A stretch of 64,000 nucleotides of DNA from Octopus bimaculoides (Eukaryota), in NCBI RefSeq assembly GCF_001194135.2, contig NC_068985.1:48401948-48465947 (forward strand), written 5' to 3'. Of the stretch, positions 11,250 through 24,760 are shown in pieces. The translations under genes and the position numbers were made by a program. The notes below the pieces were generated by a model. It made no database searches. It was not told the DNA's origin and saw only the letters and a list, made by a program, of their open reading frames with translations. Positions within the stretch are counted from its first letter, which is position 1; every line of letters begins with the position of its first letter.

Positions 11250-14160
11250 AAGAAACCAGTTTCAAAACTGTTGTTCATAGAATCATTGGAATAAAACCCT
11301 AGGAAATAGAGCAAACGACACAGCAACAATTAGCACGACACAATGGAGAAAAATATGACGAGATAGCGGGATCTTGTGGTACTGTCATGAACTGTGTCGT
11401 GTCCTTAATTTGTCTACAATACTAAGATTTATGAACTGGCCCTCAAACGAATCTACCCTATCTGCAAGGTAATTAAAATAAAGATAGTAGATGTACCACC
11501 ATCAGTAAAGCTCTGCTGGTTGGTGGCACTTGTCCTTCTCGCCATAGTAAAAAAATTTGATATTCTCCAGGTCCAAAAACTGCAGAAACAAACGTAGTTG
11601 GGTAAAGTGATGGAAGCGTTGATCCAAACGAATCATGATGTGTGGAGCCTCTCCTCTGTCTGATCAACCTTCCAGACGTCTCACAATTGTACGCAAGGGA
11701 ATAAAAACAAAGAAGCCTTTGTGCCGTAATACAAACTGTCTGAAGGTTTTCTGTCCACAGCAAAAATAAGAGAGGAGGAAGACGCTCACTTCTATCGACA
11801 CAATCATCAGAGGAGCAACACTAACAGTAAAACAAGTAGAAGCATCAAGAGCATCAACAGTAACAATGACTGCAATTGCAAAATTAAAACAATCACCTTC
11901 AAAAGCATCAATAACAACAACAGAAACAACACTAAAATGGAAACAACAATGAAATCAGAAATACCTCCCTAAAGAACCACCTTATCGTCAACAACAGCAT
12001 ACGAAAAGCAACCAAGCAAGAGCAGAACAAACAACATGCTCATTCCCAACCAAATCGTGCATTTCTCTGCTTGCAACCTGTTAGATATGGTGTGTGCAGA
12101 ACATGACTGTGAAGAGAGCAAATGGTAATAAATAACAATCAAAATAAAAAATCTCGGAAGTTCAAATGGGGAAGAACTATTTCCGAAAACGACATGCAAA
12201 TGTTGTCTCCGACAACAACAATATAGCCAACACCATCTTCTATCACGGTCAATATAATCACCGCCACGACTGACAACTCGTATGAGAAACACTTGCAAAA
12301 CTCAATCTGTACTCAAACTAAGAACAGCATCAAAGAAGTATTATGAACTATACTGCCATAAAAACAAATAACAAAGTCTCAATGAAACTAATATTTATAA
12401 GCACAAAGACATTACATAGGAAAATTTCCTCGCACAAACAAATAACACAGCACCATGCATAAACAAGCATTTCAAACAAGACAAAGCATATACATTATTA
12501 AAATACCTTACAAACTAAGGCACTTTAAATGAAAAATAAATAGAAGATCCCACAGAGAACTGCTTGGAGAAACATCAACTAAACAGAGAACGAAATAACA
12601 ACACACTTCCATCCAAATGAGTAGGTCTTTCCTTTTGTTTTGTTTTTTACTTCTAGGCTTACTCGGAATAGGTGATGTGAAAGCACATGGTTTTGGGGCA
12701 TCTTGCGAGCAGGGCTAACTGTTCAACGAAGTCAGGTCAATATAATAAAAAGGTAGTGGCTATCCGCAAGACTAGAAGCTGCGATCCAAGTGACTTCAAG
12801 TCCATTTCGATAATAAGAACAATATCTTACTTATTTCCGTTGTTGAGAAGAGAAACAGCTGTGCTTCAGGAAATTTCTGAGTTTCGCAATAAAACCACTT
12901 TCTTGGAACCCAGTGCTACAGGTCGAAAACCACACCTTCAAACTAGTAGTTGCTCACGCCCCAGTATGGGTGTCTGAAGTGTTTCCTAGGAATGTTCCGC
13001 TCTTTCGTGCTGATGAGTGCTTTAATCAGCATCATAGATATACGCATGGAGAGCGTGGAGCTAGCCTCAAAAACGTGTACAAACGTTTTAAAGTCTGATA
13101 GATACCGACAGAATTTTGTGAATGAACCAATATGGACATGGACAAACTGTATTATGTAATCCAGAGCAGAGCCACTCCAAATAGTCTGTCGACAACAATA
13201 AGGATTGCTTAGGTTGTTCACAATAATAGATTGTCGGCTATATAAACCACGAAGATAGACTTCGAAAGCAGAAACCCTATTACCGAATCCTCAACAAGTG
13301 GCTCCTGACGAGACAAGCTTACACAAACCGGATTAGTGAATTAGTCACCCCTTTCAATTTTCTTCACCGCACAACGTCGTTCACTCGAGCCACGAGTTTG
13401 TTAAATACATCATGCTCTTCTCAAACAAATGAAAGCGGTCGGAAACTCTTCTCTATAAGCTCGGTTGAATCGGTCTTACACAGTGAGTATTCACCATAAT
13501 TCCACAATTCATCAATACTCGAGCACTGGACGAGAGCGTACTGAACATCTTTATTGCTCTATGTGCATTTTGGGCAGGCATTGCTGACGGCACTTTCGTA
13601 GTTAGAGGTTATTTCGAACAGTCTAACCTCGAGAACAGACAACCCAATTGATTTTCATTTACGCTCTGAATCTCTCCGCGAACACCTTTGCTCTTGACTG
13701 ATACAAACCCTCTATAGAGCTCCACAGTAGCACGTCTACTGACTGCATTATTCGACTGGTATGGGAGGTCAGCGCTTGACATCACGGATGCAAAACGCAC
13801 TGATTTGGTTTTTATCCAGCCCCGTAAAAGGCACCTTTGTCTTTGGCACATCAAAATTTTTCAAGTTTCACTTGAAAACAAAAGCGAAGGTGCAGAGGGG
13901 AGTGCTGCCACTCGACAATTTTTTCGAAGGTGGATGAGAGTGACGAACATGGTCCGTGTGATCGAGAATGCTCTGGTAATGTACCTTTAGATTAAAGGAC
14001 AATGACATGGAAAACGTCCTTAATGAATTGATGAGAGTGGCCATGGTTTTGTGGATTGTCACAAGTAATCTACAGAAGTATGGACCCATGCATACATGCA
14101 TGTATGTCATATTGAAGACATTGCTTTCGGTGAGAGAACACAAGGAAAGCATTTGTCAAA
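11250..14160 (+). mobile_element. L1/Tx1-like LINE relic: ORF1 remnant, APE endonuclease and ORF2 C-terminus, with the RT domain missing
   Basis: IKIVDVPPSVKLCWLVAL (~11475-11530, ORF1-like, weak); KVVAIRKTR, TAVL-FRKFLSFAIKPL, HTFKLVVAHAP, SDRYRQNFVNEPIWTWTN, KIVGYINH (12740-13250; APE motifs equivalent to QET, YAP, TW, SDH); FFKFHLKTKAKVQRGVL (13855-13910, Tx1-type ORF2 end). Confidence 0.7.
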
Positions 14161-14335
14161 TTTTTATGAAACTTATGATCTGACGGTTCTATTCTTCTGA
14201 GATTGTACGTTGAAGTACAATGCTTCATTCGTGAATGAATTTGCTGGGAGATTACGAAACTGTGTTTATTCAGTTAGAGATTGTTGAGATATTCAGTGTG
14301 CCGTTTGAGTTCCTTTCCCTCCACTTCCCTTCCAT

Positions 14336-14338
<3 letters not shown>

Positions 14339-14390
<52 letters not shown>
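14339..14390. repeat. (AGT)n microsatellite
   Basis: Direct reading. Confidence 0.95.
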
Positions 14391-16569
14391 AAGTTAACGG
14401 CAAATAAAATCTTATAGTTTGAGACAATTGTATCTCCAGTCATTTCACATCACTTCGTTTGCTCCTCACTCTGGAATTTACCTTTTCTGGGGAAGGAGGT
14501 ATTTCTTTTTACTTTTTTTTTTCTACAGCAGGTGCTGTTTCTACACATAATTCTTTCTCTACCATTCGCTGGATTTTTTTTCTAATTTAGAAAAAGTATC
14601 CAATGGAGAAAATTTTGAAACTTTACCAAGATTCGTTAACTTGCTCTAAGCAATAGCTGTGTATGTTTGTATGAACGTTTGTATGAATGTGAATTCAAAT
14701 ATGCGTGTGTATGTGTGTGAGTGAGTGTGTGAGAGAGAGAGTGTAAGTGTGTGTGAGTGTGTGTGTATGTATGAACGTGTTACTCTTTTTGTGATTGTGT
14801 GCTTATTTTTCTCTTATTTTGTTGTTGCTATAGTTCTGAATTTGTAGCTATTGACGGTGTTATGGCCGTTTGTTTCTAAATTTGTAGTCATCATTAACAG
14901 TTCTGTTATTCTTGCTGTCCTCGTGCTTCATTTCTTTTGTTTCTTTCTTTTCCTTTCCAATTTTATTCCCGTTCCTGCTAATTTTCATCCCTTCATGTAG
15001 TTTTAAGAATTTTTCTCTTCAAACGTCTGCAACAGCAATCTGCATTAAATGGTTAGAAAACAGAATACCATTTGTTCTACTTCTACTGATACAACTTATT
15101 TTTTTTTAAAAACTGATTCCCTTCAAATGCTTTCAAAAAAAAAAAGAATGAACTGTGTTTACATAGAAAATTTTGATTCAGGCTGTTTCTTGTTTGCATT
15201 TTCCCTTTCCACAATTCGCCCTAAAATTCCATGTGGGGTGAAATATTTCACAAAAGACTGCCATATTCATTAGCATTGATGATTCTTAAGATTTCTAAGT
15301 TGAAATTTTACTCTGCATACAGACATAAAACATGACGCATATAATGTACACTCATATTCAAAAATGTACAGAAATGCCTTTTAAACATACACACATATAC
15401 AAAAACATGCACATGTGTACACAATCACTCGTTATTCGTCTCGTTCTTTCTTTTTCTCTCCGCATATTCTGTTTCTCCATATTTGTTTTACTCTCATTCT
15501 CACTAATTATCTTTNNNNNNNNNNATATATATATATATATATATATATAAACACAAGCATTCACACATACACAAACATACACACATATACAAAAACATGC
15601 ACATGTGTACACAATCACTCGTTATTCGTCTCGTTCTTTCTTTTTCTCTCCGCATATTCTGTTTCTCCATATTTGTTTTACTCTCATTCTCACTAATTAT
15701 CTTTCTGTAGCACCATCTTTTAACGTCCTTCATTATTATACATCCTTTGGCTAGTTTATTCACAACTGCTATCAGTGTTTTAACTTGCTATTCATCTAAA
15801 CGTCTCTAATATGTTGCCATATCCACCTCTTCTTTCTCTGTCTCCCTTCTCTTCTTTTTCCTTATTTGCATTTTTTTTTTTGTTTGATTTTCCCTTATAT
15901 TTCTCAGCCATTCGTTCTGTTGCTTGCCAACCAATTCTTGCCTTTCTATTTTCCTTTAAGTTCTCCCGCAGAACAAATGTAATTGCAGATTCTAATGTTT
16001 CGTATTTTGGTTGTTGTTGAAATTTAAAATTCATTATGGAATTCTGAATAGTATTGCTGAAGGGAATATTTGAATATAAAACTGACGCCACAGCCCGTTG
16101 TAGCCAGTATAAATCAAATATTCCCACTAAATCTCATAGCGAAATAAAATGCCATATTTTGACTTGTGGGTGTATAATATATTATGTGTGCTGTCATATG
16201 ATTATGGCAACAAAACATGCTTCACACGTGCAGAAATTTATTTACGTGACATATGCGCCCTATATATACAATCATATATACCTGATGGTGTATATGATTG
16301 CGTATATTTGCATTCAAAACATACTTAATCCGTTGCAGTCTTCGGAGGTGGTAAACAAGAGCCGTGTCCTAAAAGTATGACACATTTTGGTGCTCTTCAG
16401 AAATACTGTAAGAAACAAGTCGCTCCCTTTTTAGGAGCTTGTGGGCTTAACCAAGTGAGGAGATGGTATTCCCGGTAAGGCTCCTAATGAGTGGCCGGCT
16501 AGAGCGGAGGAAGCTGATCAGCTCAACGGCCAAATGTTCGGGGTCAAAGCCTTCTCAGTTAGAGACAGA

Positions 16570-16655
16570 GGAAGGAAGGAAGGAAGGAAGGAAGGAAGGA
16601 AGGAAGGAAGGAAGGAAGGAAGGAAGGAAGGAAGGAAGGAAGGAAGGAAGGAAGG
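16570..16655. repeat. (GGAA)n microsatellite
   Basis: Direct reading; explains the GRKE/LPSF ORFs. Confidence 0.97.
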
Positions 16656-18929
16656 CAGTGCATTAAAAGAACAAGGTATACCATTTCTCCCAGTCGTGTG
16701 CCTCTTCTCTTTAGAGTTTATACCTACATGATATGGTAGTCTTCTCGCCCACTTAGGGAAGCGACCCATTTTGGGTGTGAAAACATGACAGCAACGGCTG
16801 TTTATGTTGTGCTTCCGTAGATGTACTTCGTTCAGAAGGACTCTATTTGATTGGGCTGGGTTGAGATAATAAACGACATCTTAAAGAATTTTTTTTACTG
16901 AATTGCTGAAAAAAATAACTTCTATTGTACTTCACGAAAATCTTTTCCTAAAATTTAATCTACAATTAAAATGTTCGTGATTTGTATCTTCATATACCTA
17001 TATAATTAATATGTAACTATTAACGGAGGAAATTTTGTTTTTTATGACCTACAATCTATGAATATGCTCCGATAGACGGGCTGCACACTCTGCTTATAGA
17101 GAATTTTATCCTTCCGTACGTGCTTCTCTAACGGAACAATATTACATCCTATGCTGAAAACAAGAATTGCCATCTTGGAAGGGTTAGAATGAATTTTGAA
17201 GTCCTTCTACGAATCATATATGATGATGTGCACTGCAATAGAAATGATCTCTAATAAATATAAGATACCGTATCGTCAGACAATGGAAATTTAAATCGGC
17301 CAAACCAATAACCATAGAATTACACTTTGTTAAGAGGTTTCTTTGTTGTTAAAGAAATCGTGCACAACAAACCAATTGAAAAATAGATCTATCCGACCAT
17401 GCTCCAACCAATCATACTGATGTCAGAACTAAACGTATTAAGATAATTTGAATTTGGAACTGGTAAAATACAGTAGATTTGTCGTTGTTCCACAATGCAT
17501 TGAGTCTTTTTATTTCAGTTCTCTATATTTATTTGATACGTTTCAAGATAGAAATGAAAGAAGAAATCAATCGGCTTTAGACTAGAAGATTTATTCTTCG
17601 TCTCTCTGCAGAAAATTGAACAAGTTTACTTCTCTATATAACACAATACATTGCTGTTTAAGCAAATCTGTCATCCATTGCAGTTGGAGCGAACGCAATT
17701 AATTTGATGGCAAGTTTGATGTTATTGTATGCGGAAATCTTGGTACTGTGTTTTCTCTATTCACTCAAGATGAACACGGAACATTCATTTTCGCAGCAAT
17801 AGGCTGCCTAAGAAAATAAATAAATCCATTTTGAATGGAAGCGCTCATCCTCCATTTTCATTATTTCCAGGAGTTTCAGTTGAATAGTCTTAGAGTAAAG
17901 ATCAGTGATCTTTCGAAAAAGTAATCATAACGGATGTTCTTCTTTCCCTCCAAGGAAATTGATGGTTCACTAACAGAGGCAAAACAATAGTTTTACAAGC
18001 AACGTCTCTTAACATTTTTCAACAGTTATTATTTCTAAATATTACCGATTCTCGCCACCACCATAACCTTCCTGAACAGTATTTCGTCATATTTAAACGA
18101 TTTCTTCCTTTACCTAAGAATAAAATATATTTCTTTCATGGGAATATTTAATGTCAATGCCACAAGTGTCAAAAGAAATCATTTACAGGCTTCTTGTTCA
18201 TTGTTTCCAATCATAAACCAAAACGAAAGTAAATACAAATACCACATTGCCAAAATTGTGTATGATTTGAGATTCCTGTTTCTCTGGTCGCTTTTATCGT
18301 ATCAAATTATAATATTTATAAACTAGGTCTGGTGTGTCTCACAGGCACATTCGTGTCTATGTTTCGATTTCTGCTTGGAATCGGTTCACCTAATTTATTT
18401 TTGCCTTCATGCTCCTTAAGGAAGAAATTAATTTCACACAATCGCGTTTCTGTTCCCGTTAGATTTCAAGTTTTGTGTCCAGTTAGAAGTAATTACTTCA
18501 ATATATTTTGGAACCAGATTTGAACTTATTAGATAGAAATCTATTTTGTTGTCGCGGGATAGATATTTATAGATATGTTCTGGATGAGACAACTTCCCTA
18601 ACTCATAGGAATTGCTGACGTCAGTGAGAACAAAATGATTACACTGTGGTATAAAAATCAGGCTGTATGGTGTGCTGTTCACTGGGAACTGTGTGACATT
18701 CAAGAAGTAGGGAGCTTTGTACATGACAATATAAAGTGAATGGCGTTTTAACGTGTTCGAATATGCCTCAAACATATTTGTACAGGTAGTATGTTTATAT
18801 TAGTACACATTACTGCTTGAGGCATCTAATTTATATTGTATTACGGCTGGATAACAGATTAGCGCAACCAATTATGGTACGTTGACTGGAATATAATACG
18901 AGAGATCTGGTCTTTCATTGTAGGATCGT

Positions 18930-19096
18930 AGTCCTCTCCAGTGCTCAATCCCTGTGCTAAACTGGTACCTATTTTCTCGACAACCAGATGAAAAGCAGAG
19001 GCGACCTCGGTGGAATTTGAACTCAGAGGCTCCAGGTGGAGATATGCAACTGAGCCTTTTGTACGGCGTGCAAATGATTCTGCCAGCTCACTGCCG
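18930..19096 (-). mobile_element. SINE family A
   Basis: GACCTCGGTGGAATTTGAACTCAGA and GATTCTGCCAGCTCACTGCC; head abuts (TAA)n 19097-19210. Confidence 0.88.
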
Positions 19097-19145
19097 TAAT
19101 AATAATAATAATAATAATAATAATGATAATAAAAATAATAATAAT

Positions 19146-19210
<65 letters not shown>

Positions 19211-19545
19211 GTAAATATAAGGACCTGCAAATTTAAATACAAAAGATATGGCATCTTAAAACTAGAATTGTTCCTGTTATTGTAGGTGCTCTAAGTATGA
19301 TAAAAATGAGATGTCAGAAACAACTAGATAAAATCCCAGGAGAACCATGTCTCAGAGAAATCCAAAAGTTTGTGCTAAGTACTGCCCACATCCTTAGAAA
19401 AACCCCATCCATTTAAATCTGTGTTGTGTTACATGAAAAGATTTGACTACCTCTCCTCCCCAAACATCTCTTCATTCGCCCCAGGACGCTGGGTGTGCCT
19501 CGGCAAGTAACTGTAACAAAGATGCAGATTAAAAGTAAAAATAAC
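19211..19545 (+). mobile_element. 3' end of R4/Dong-like LINE, family D
   Basis: KYKDLQI.IQKIWHLKTRIVPVIVGALSMIK...QLDKIPGEPCLREIQK...TAHILRK, then a distinct 3'UTR ending in (GAT)n. Confidence 0.85.
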
Positions 19546-19580
19546 AATGATGATGATGATGATGATGATGATAATGATGA

Positions 19581-19990
19581 TAGACGCACGAGTTATTGCC
19601 GTACGTATTGCGTGGTTGAAAAAGAACTGGGGAAGGTAGAAAAATACAAGTTTCTAACAGAAGAATTTGCAAGAAAGTGGGCATTGAAGAGTGACTGTCA
19701 TCCTACTAGTTTAGGAGCACTCGGAGCACTAACAACTAACTTCGAGAAATATGTCGGAGAAAGTAGAACTGACATGAGGGTAGAGTATGCCAAAAAGCTG
19801 TTCTATTGGGGATAGCGTGGATTTTGAGATTGGTGCTTCGGGGTAAATAACTTCAACGACACTTAACATATAGATACTAAATCTTATCAGTTAATGGAAT
19901 GAGGCTCTGTGAGACCTTTGATAACAGGGTAGTGTTCTCACAGAATTAACCGGAGGAAGTAAGATCGAGAGCTATGAGAAGTAAATTATA
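19581..19990 (+). mobile_element. 3' end of R4/Dong-like LINE, family B
   Basis: VVEKELGKVEKYKFLTEEFARKW...LGALGALTTNFEKYVGE (ORF 19495..19815) plus family-B 3'UTR GTTCTCACAGAATTAACCGGAGGAAGT. Confidence 0.85.
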
Positions 19991-19999
19991 ATAATGATG

Positions 20000-20211
20000 T
20001 CAAATGTTGATACATGGCCAGCAGGTTTTCGGGGAGAAGGGATGAATCGATTACATCGACCCCAGTATTCAACTGGTACTTATTTTATCGGCACTGAAAA
20101 GATGAAAGGCAAAGTCAACCTCGGCGGAATTTGATCTTAGAAGGTATAGACGAACGAAATGCCGATTAGCATTTTCCCCGGCGTGCTAACGATCTGCCGT
20201 CTCGCTGACTT
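20000..20211 (-). mobile_element. SINE family A
   Basis: AATCGATTACATCGACCCCAGTATTCAACTGGTACTTATTTTATCG..GATGAAAGGCAAAGTCAACCTCGGCGGAATTTGA. Confidence 0.92.
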
Positions 20212-20409
20212 ATAAGTAAATATGATAATAATAAATAGATATATAGTATTGAATTGATGTCACTTCACTTCCAAAACATATTTGACTTTATCATAATGAG
20301 TAATATGATATGTTATTTCTAATGGCGAAATTATCGATGGTACTTTTCTAGACTATCTCAAGTTCTGTAGATATTTTGCATAAAACTATATTACTTTAAT
20401 ATAATTTTT

Positions 20410-20618
20410 CCAATTTTGGCTCAAAACCAGTAATTTTTAGGGGAGAGGTAAGTTAGTTACACCGAATCTAGTGCTCAACTTGTACTTATTATATCTAGTC
20501 AGAAAGGATAGAAGTCAAAGTGGACCAATGCAGAATTTGCACTCAAATTGTAATGAGCTGGAAGAAATGGCGGTACGCATTTCATCGAATATACTAATGA
20601 TTCTACCAACTTGGCTAC
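20410..20618 (-). mobile_element. SINE family A (old, diverged)
   Basis: CAATTTTGGC tail, GTGCTCAACTTGTACTTATT, AATGATTCTACCAACTT head. Confidence 0.75.
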
Positions 20619-21041
20619 GTTGTCCCATTCTACCCCATTTATCAGTGTACCCATCTAAATGTCAACTTTGTTTTACGAAACCTATGTTTTCTGAACTATT
20701 ACAGGATACACAGTCATCATGTACGATGTTAATGAGCAAAACAGGAACTGTATTTATAAACTTAATGCAATGATGTTTCTCATTACAGGTTATCATTCGA
20801 AGTTAAAAATGAATAGAAACATTCCTCGTTCTGTCATGTCTGACAGGGTTAAAATGTATATAAATTCAGTCGCAAAATTGACAGAAATATACGGCTCGTT
20901 TAGAAAGAGAATTTTATTTCTAATTTCTTTCTAGTCGGTCGAAAGTTTCACAGTGGGTCAGCATGTAGCATGAATTGACTATCACCATTCTAACTTTCTC
21001 ATTCTTTTTCTTTTTACTTTTATTTTATTTATCTTCCCTTT

Positions 21042-21146
21042 CTGATGACGGTCCGTGATTCATATTGGTATGGTTAATTACTTACATTGATAACTATTAT
21101 TATTATGGTGGGAAAGCCTGGTAATCACCCTAACAGAAACAGCTGT
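21042..21146 (+). ncRNA. Penelope-type minimal hammerhead ribozyme motif with intact core and long degenerate helix II
   Basis: CTGATGA 21042-21048; GTGATT/AATCAC pairing; GAAA 21136-21139; palindromic helix III ACAGCTGT giving a GUA cleavage triplet. Confidence 0.55.
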
Positions 21147-22249
21147 AAGTTGAGATTCTCTCTCTTTGTAACTAATTAATAAATGATAATTGATGTAAAT
21201 CAATTTTTTGTTCATTATTCATCAATTGTATTTCCATTTAATCCGAGTTATTTATTACTAGGAGGAAATAAATACATATAATAAAATATATATATATATA
21301 TATATGAATGATTTTGTTACAGGCTTAGATATACGATAAACAAGTATAAAAAAATAGAGAAAAAGATGTTGAATCAAAATTAGATTTAATACAAAATTCA
21401 ATTCAATACATACTCACGTTTCGTGTTCTATGTATGTATGTGTATACTTGTATGTATTTGTGTTTGTGCATGAATGTATTTTATGTTTATGTCTATATGT
21501 GTATATGCTTGTATATGTATGTGTGTATGTATGTGTACTTGTATGGCTGTATGTGCATATTTTTGTGTATGGATACATTAACACGTACGCATATACATAT
21601 TTGTGTATATATATATATATGTATGTATATTTTTATATATATTTTTATATATATGTATATTTTTATATGACTTTTTATATATGTATACATACATACATAT
21701 ATATACATGGGTGTATGTGTGTATATATATATGTATGTATATAAGCTGTAATTTTTTGTATAATTATATATTGTTAATATAACAATACATAAAAACGGGC
21801 TATATCTCATTAGGTGGTGGGTATTCGAATAAAGATTACTTACATGTCTGTATCATACTATGTATACTATATATTTTGTAGAATGATACATTAAGGAGCA
21901 ATTTTTAATGAATACTACCGAATTATTGGAAGCTATATAGTATGACTTAAATTCATATATATACATACACACATATATACATACATATTTGTCTATAAGG
22001 AGGCCATTCATTGAATTTTGTCATATAAAAATATTCTCCCTATACACAATGAAGTGCAAGCACCCTAGGTCAGTTTGCAGTGCCATGTATCTATATCGAT
22101 CGATGTAAGTATGCATTTTGAAGTGGTTGTCTACTGACTGAGGATCTAGTTTAGTATGATTAGAATCCAATGAAAATATTTTAACTGTTATTAACTGTTC
22201 TGCTCGGCAGTAGTAAAATACGGATTAGGAGCTCTAAGTCATGTAATAG

Positions 22250-22291
22250 GAAGACAGACCGACAGACAGATAGACAGACTGATAGACAGAG

Positions 22292-22348
<57 letters not shown>
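22250..22348. repeat. (GACA)n/(GATA)n microsatellite; other (GATA)n at 8671-8714 and 56259-56325
   Basis: Direct reading; source of the IYLS ORFs. Confidence 0.95.
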
Positions 22349-22356
<8 letters not shown>

Positions 22357-24009
22357 TACAGACAGACATACGTTAAATTCTCACACTTGACTGATTGGGT
22401 TAAACATTGTTCGGCTAAGTTTAATGTCGCCACCGCCACCGTTATACTTATTCAGTTACGATGTTATGTTCACACGCTAACTATATTAGTGCATTCTTCA
22501 CTACAAATATTATATAAAATCCTTATGTCTGTGTTAAAGCTTTGATATGTTTCGAATAATAAGCAAGGTCAAATAATATTTAATATTTCCATTTAGATGA
22601 GGCATGGCTTCTATATCTGAAATGTAAAAGCAATATTACAGCCAATTTAATTCTATAACGGCGCCTAAATAAATTGCAATTGAAAGATTGTAGAAGGAAC
22701 CACCCCACGTTCAAAATAAGGTTAAATCTAAGAATCAAATATGACACATTCAGACATATATATCTATGTGTGTAATTCGTTATAGGTTATACATATGTGT
22801 GTATGTGTGTTTGTGTGTGACTATTGAAATTAGATGATACGGCAAAGTAATCAATGCGTTCGATTTAAATTAAATAAAGATATATACGAACGATCATTGG
22901 AACACTTTTAGTTGGAATAAACGCATAGGAAGTCAAATCGTTCTCTTCTGACCTGGTGACCCTATAGAATACATATCATTGCTGACATTTCCGAAAACGA
23001 TTCATCGCCTACATCAATAGCAGCCCACTATTCATTTCAATTGCACCATCGATACGTTATCCATTGCTTTGCACCCATAAACTAATATCGTCCATGTGTA
23101 TATGAGTGCGGGCTTGTGTTCGTTTCAAAAACAAATAGAGAGATAGAGATAGATAGAGAGAAAGAGAGAAGGAGACGGAGAGAGGGAGCGAGAGAGGGAG
23201 AGAGAGAGGCGAGGTGTAAGTGAGAGGAGATTGTGCAAGGAGTGGATGAGGATAGATGGGAAAGGAAGCAGAAAAATTGACTTGGGTGATTTATTTCCGT
23301 TTGGTTTTGAAACCCCTTGGCATGGTAAACAATTGATGACTATTTGCACTGTTGGATTACATATATGAAACAAATATATATATGTAATACGGATATATGT
23401 ATGAATACACTCACATTCATGTATGTATATATGTATGTATATATATATCAATGTATATATATATGTGTGTGTATGTGTGTGTATACACGCGCAAACACAC
23501 AAAAAATATAAAGAGACGGAGCTGTTTGTATGTATGCATGTGCATGAGCGTGCATATATTTATGTGTTTGTGTGTGTGTGTATTTGTTTGTATGTGTGTG
23601 AATGTGAGTGGTTATGTGTATTCTAAGCTGTTTTCACAACTAATCTGCGTTCGAGATTTACTTTCTTCTCTATAAAACGCCATCTCATTCGGTGCTTTAA
23701 GTTCGTTTATAAAACATATTCTCATATTCCAAAGCTATTATTTATCGTTATGAAAGACGGTATTCGTTTTCAGACATCGCTTAGCTTAATGATAGATAAC
23801 GCTCAGCCAGAGGTACAGGTTTCGATTCCCTATTCCGGCCCCTGTTTTTCAGTCTTCTAAGAGTAATAAACAATCTTATGCGTTGGTGATTTACTTTATT
23901 TTATATATAAATATATANNNNNNNNNNNNNNNNNNNNNNNNNNNNNNNNNNNNNNNNNNNNNNNNNNNNNNNNNNNNNNNNNNNNNNNNNNTATATATAT
24001 ATATATATG

Positions 24010-24760
24010 TACAGTGTGGCCCAAAATTAGGTTTACAGTCATCACATAGCACTTTAAATTAAATATGAGTGGACGTTTCCTTTTGAAAACCATCTAGACT
24101 CACATGTGCCAATAAGAAATCGAGCTCGTTATGAAATTGGTCTACTGCACCACAGTCCATTGTATGAAAAATAAAATAAATGCCACATTTATGAACGTTC
24201 CTCCAGGACAAAATCGAGGTTGTGTGTGTGAGAGAGAGGTGGGGGAGAGAGAACAATGCAAACAATGAATGAAATAAAAATGCAATGAAAAAAATGTATA
24301 AAAAATAGCATCTTGTGCCGAATATTTAAATTTGTGAACTTAATACATATTTCCTTCAGTAATGTTTCGTAGTTGTTTGCAAATAACGAATTAAAACCGG
24401 AAATGAAAACATTAAGATAGAGAGTGAGAGGTTTTGCAAATGAAAACAGAAAATTACACCGTTGCTACGTCAATAACGGAAGTTAACATTGAGAACCCTT
24501 TTTAAAGAAGTTAATCATGTATATAAAGCAATATATAAAGCTAGTTTGGACATCAAATGGAAAATGCTCTCCCGACGAAACCCTCTGTTATCGGGTCCAA
24601 GGATGTTCAGTACATTCTCTTGAAAACTGTATATCTTTAAAAAATAATAAGTTTCAACGAAACAAATTCCAGGAACAATATTTTTTCTGTATCTTCGCAT
24701 TTCAAAACATGCATCGTCACAATTTAGAAGTACATCCACCATGCACTTAATAAATCATTA
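24010..24760 (-). mobile_element. Tc1/mariner-like relic with one TIR end
   Basis: TA + CAGTGTGGCCCAAAATTAGG terminus (Tc1-like CAGTG) abutting (TA)n; minus-strand LLNCDDACFEMRRY resembles FSDEAxFxLxGY of DD(37)D-type transposases. Weak internally. Confidence 0.45.

Noticed and set aside
13010-13017. CTGATGA hammerhead core match
   Set aside because: It lies inside the LINE endonuclease coding remnant with no downstream stem or GAAAC. Matches at ~11800 and ~29415 (minus strand) were rejected likewise.
14500-14600. Strong polypyrimidine tract ending in CTACAG
   Set aside because: No convincing donor or recognisable reading frame follows.
15384-15704. Exact ~130-bp direct duplication (15384-15514 and ~15573-15704)
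   Set aside because: Identical copies flank a 10-N gap, typical of unmerged contig ends or alleles.
15792-16127. 111-aa minus ORF with a basic tail
   Set aside because: The tail derives from a pyrimidine-rich low-complexity stretch; no domain recognised.
23775-23845. B-box-like GGTTTCGATTCCC
   Set aside because: No convincing A box or SINE body; too degraded to call.
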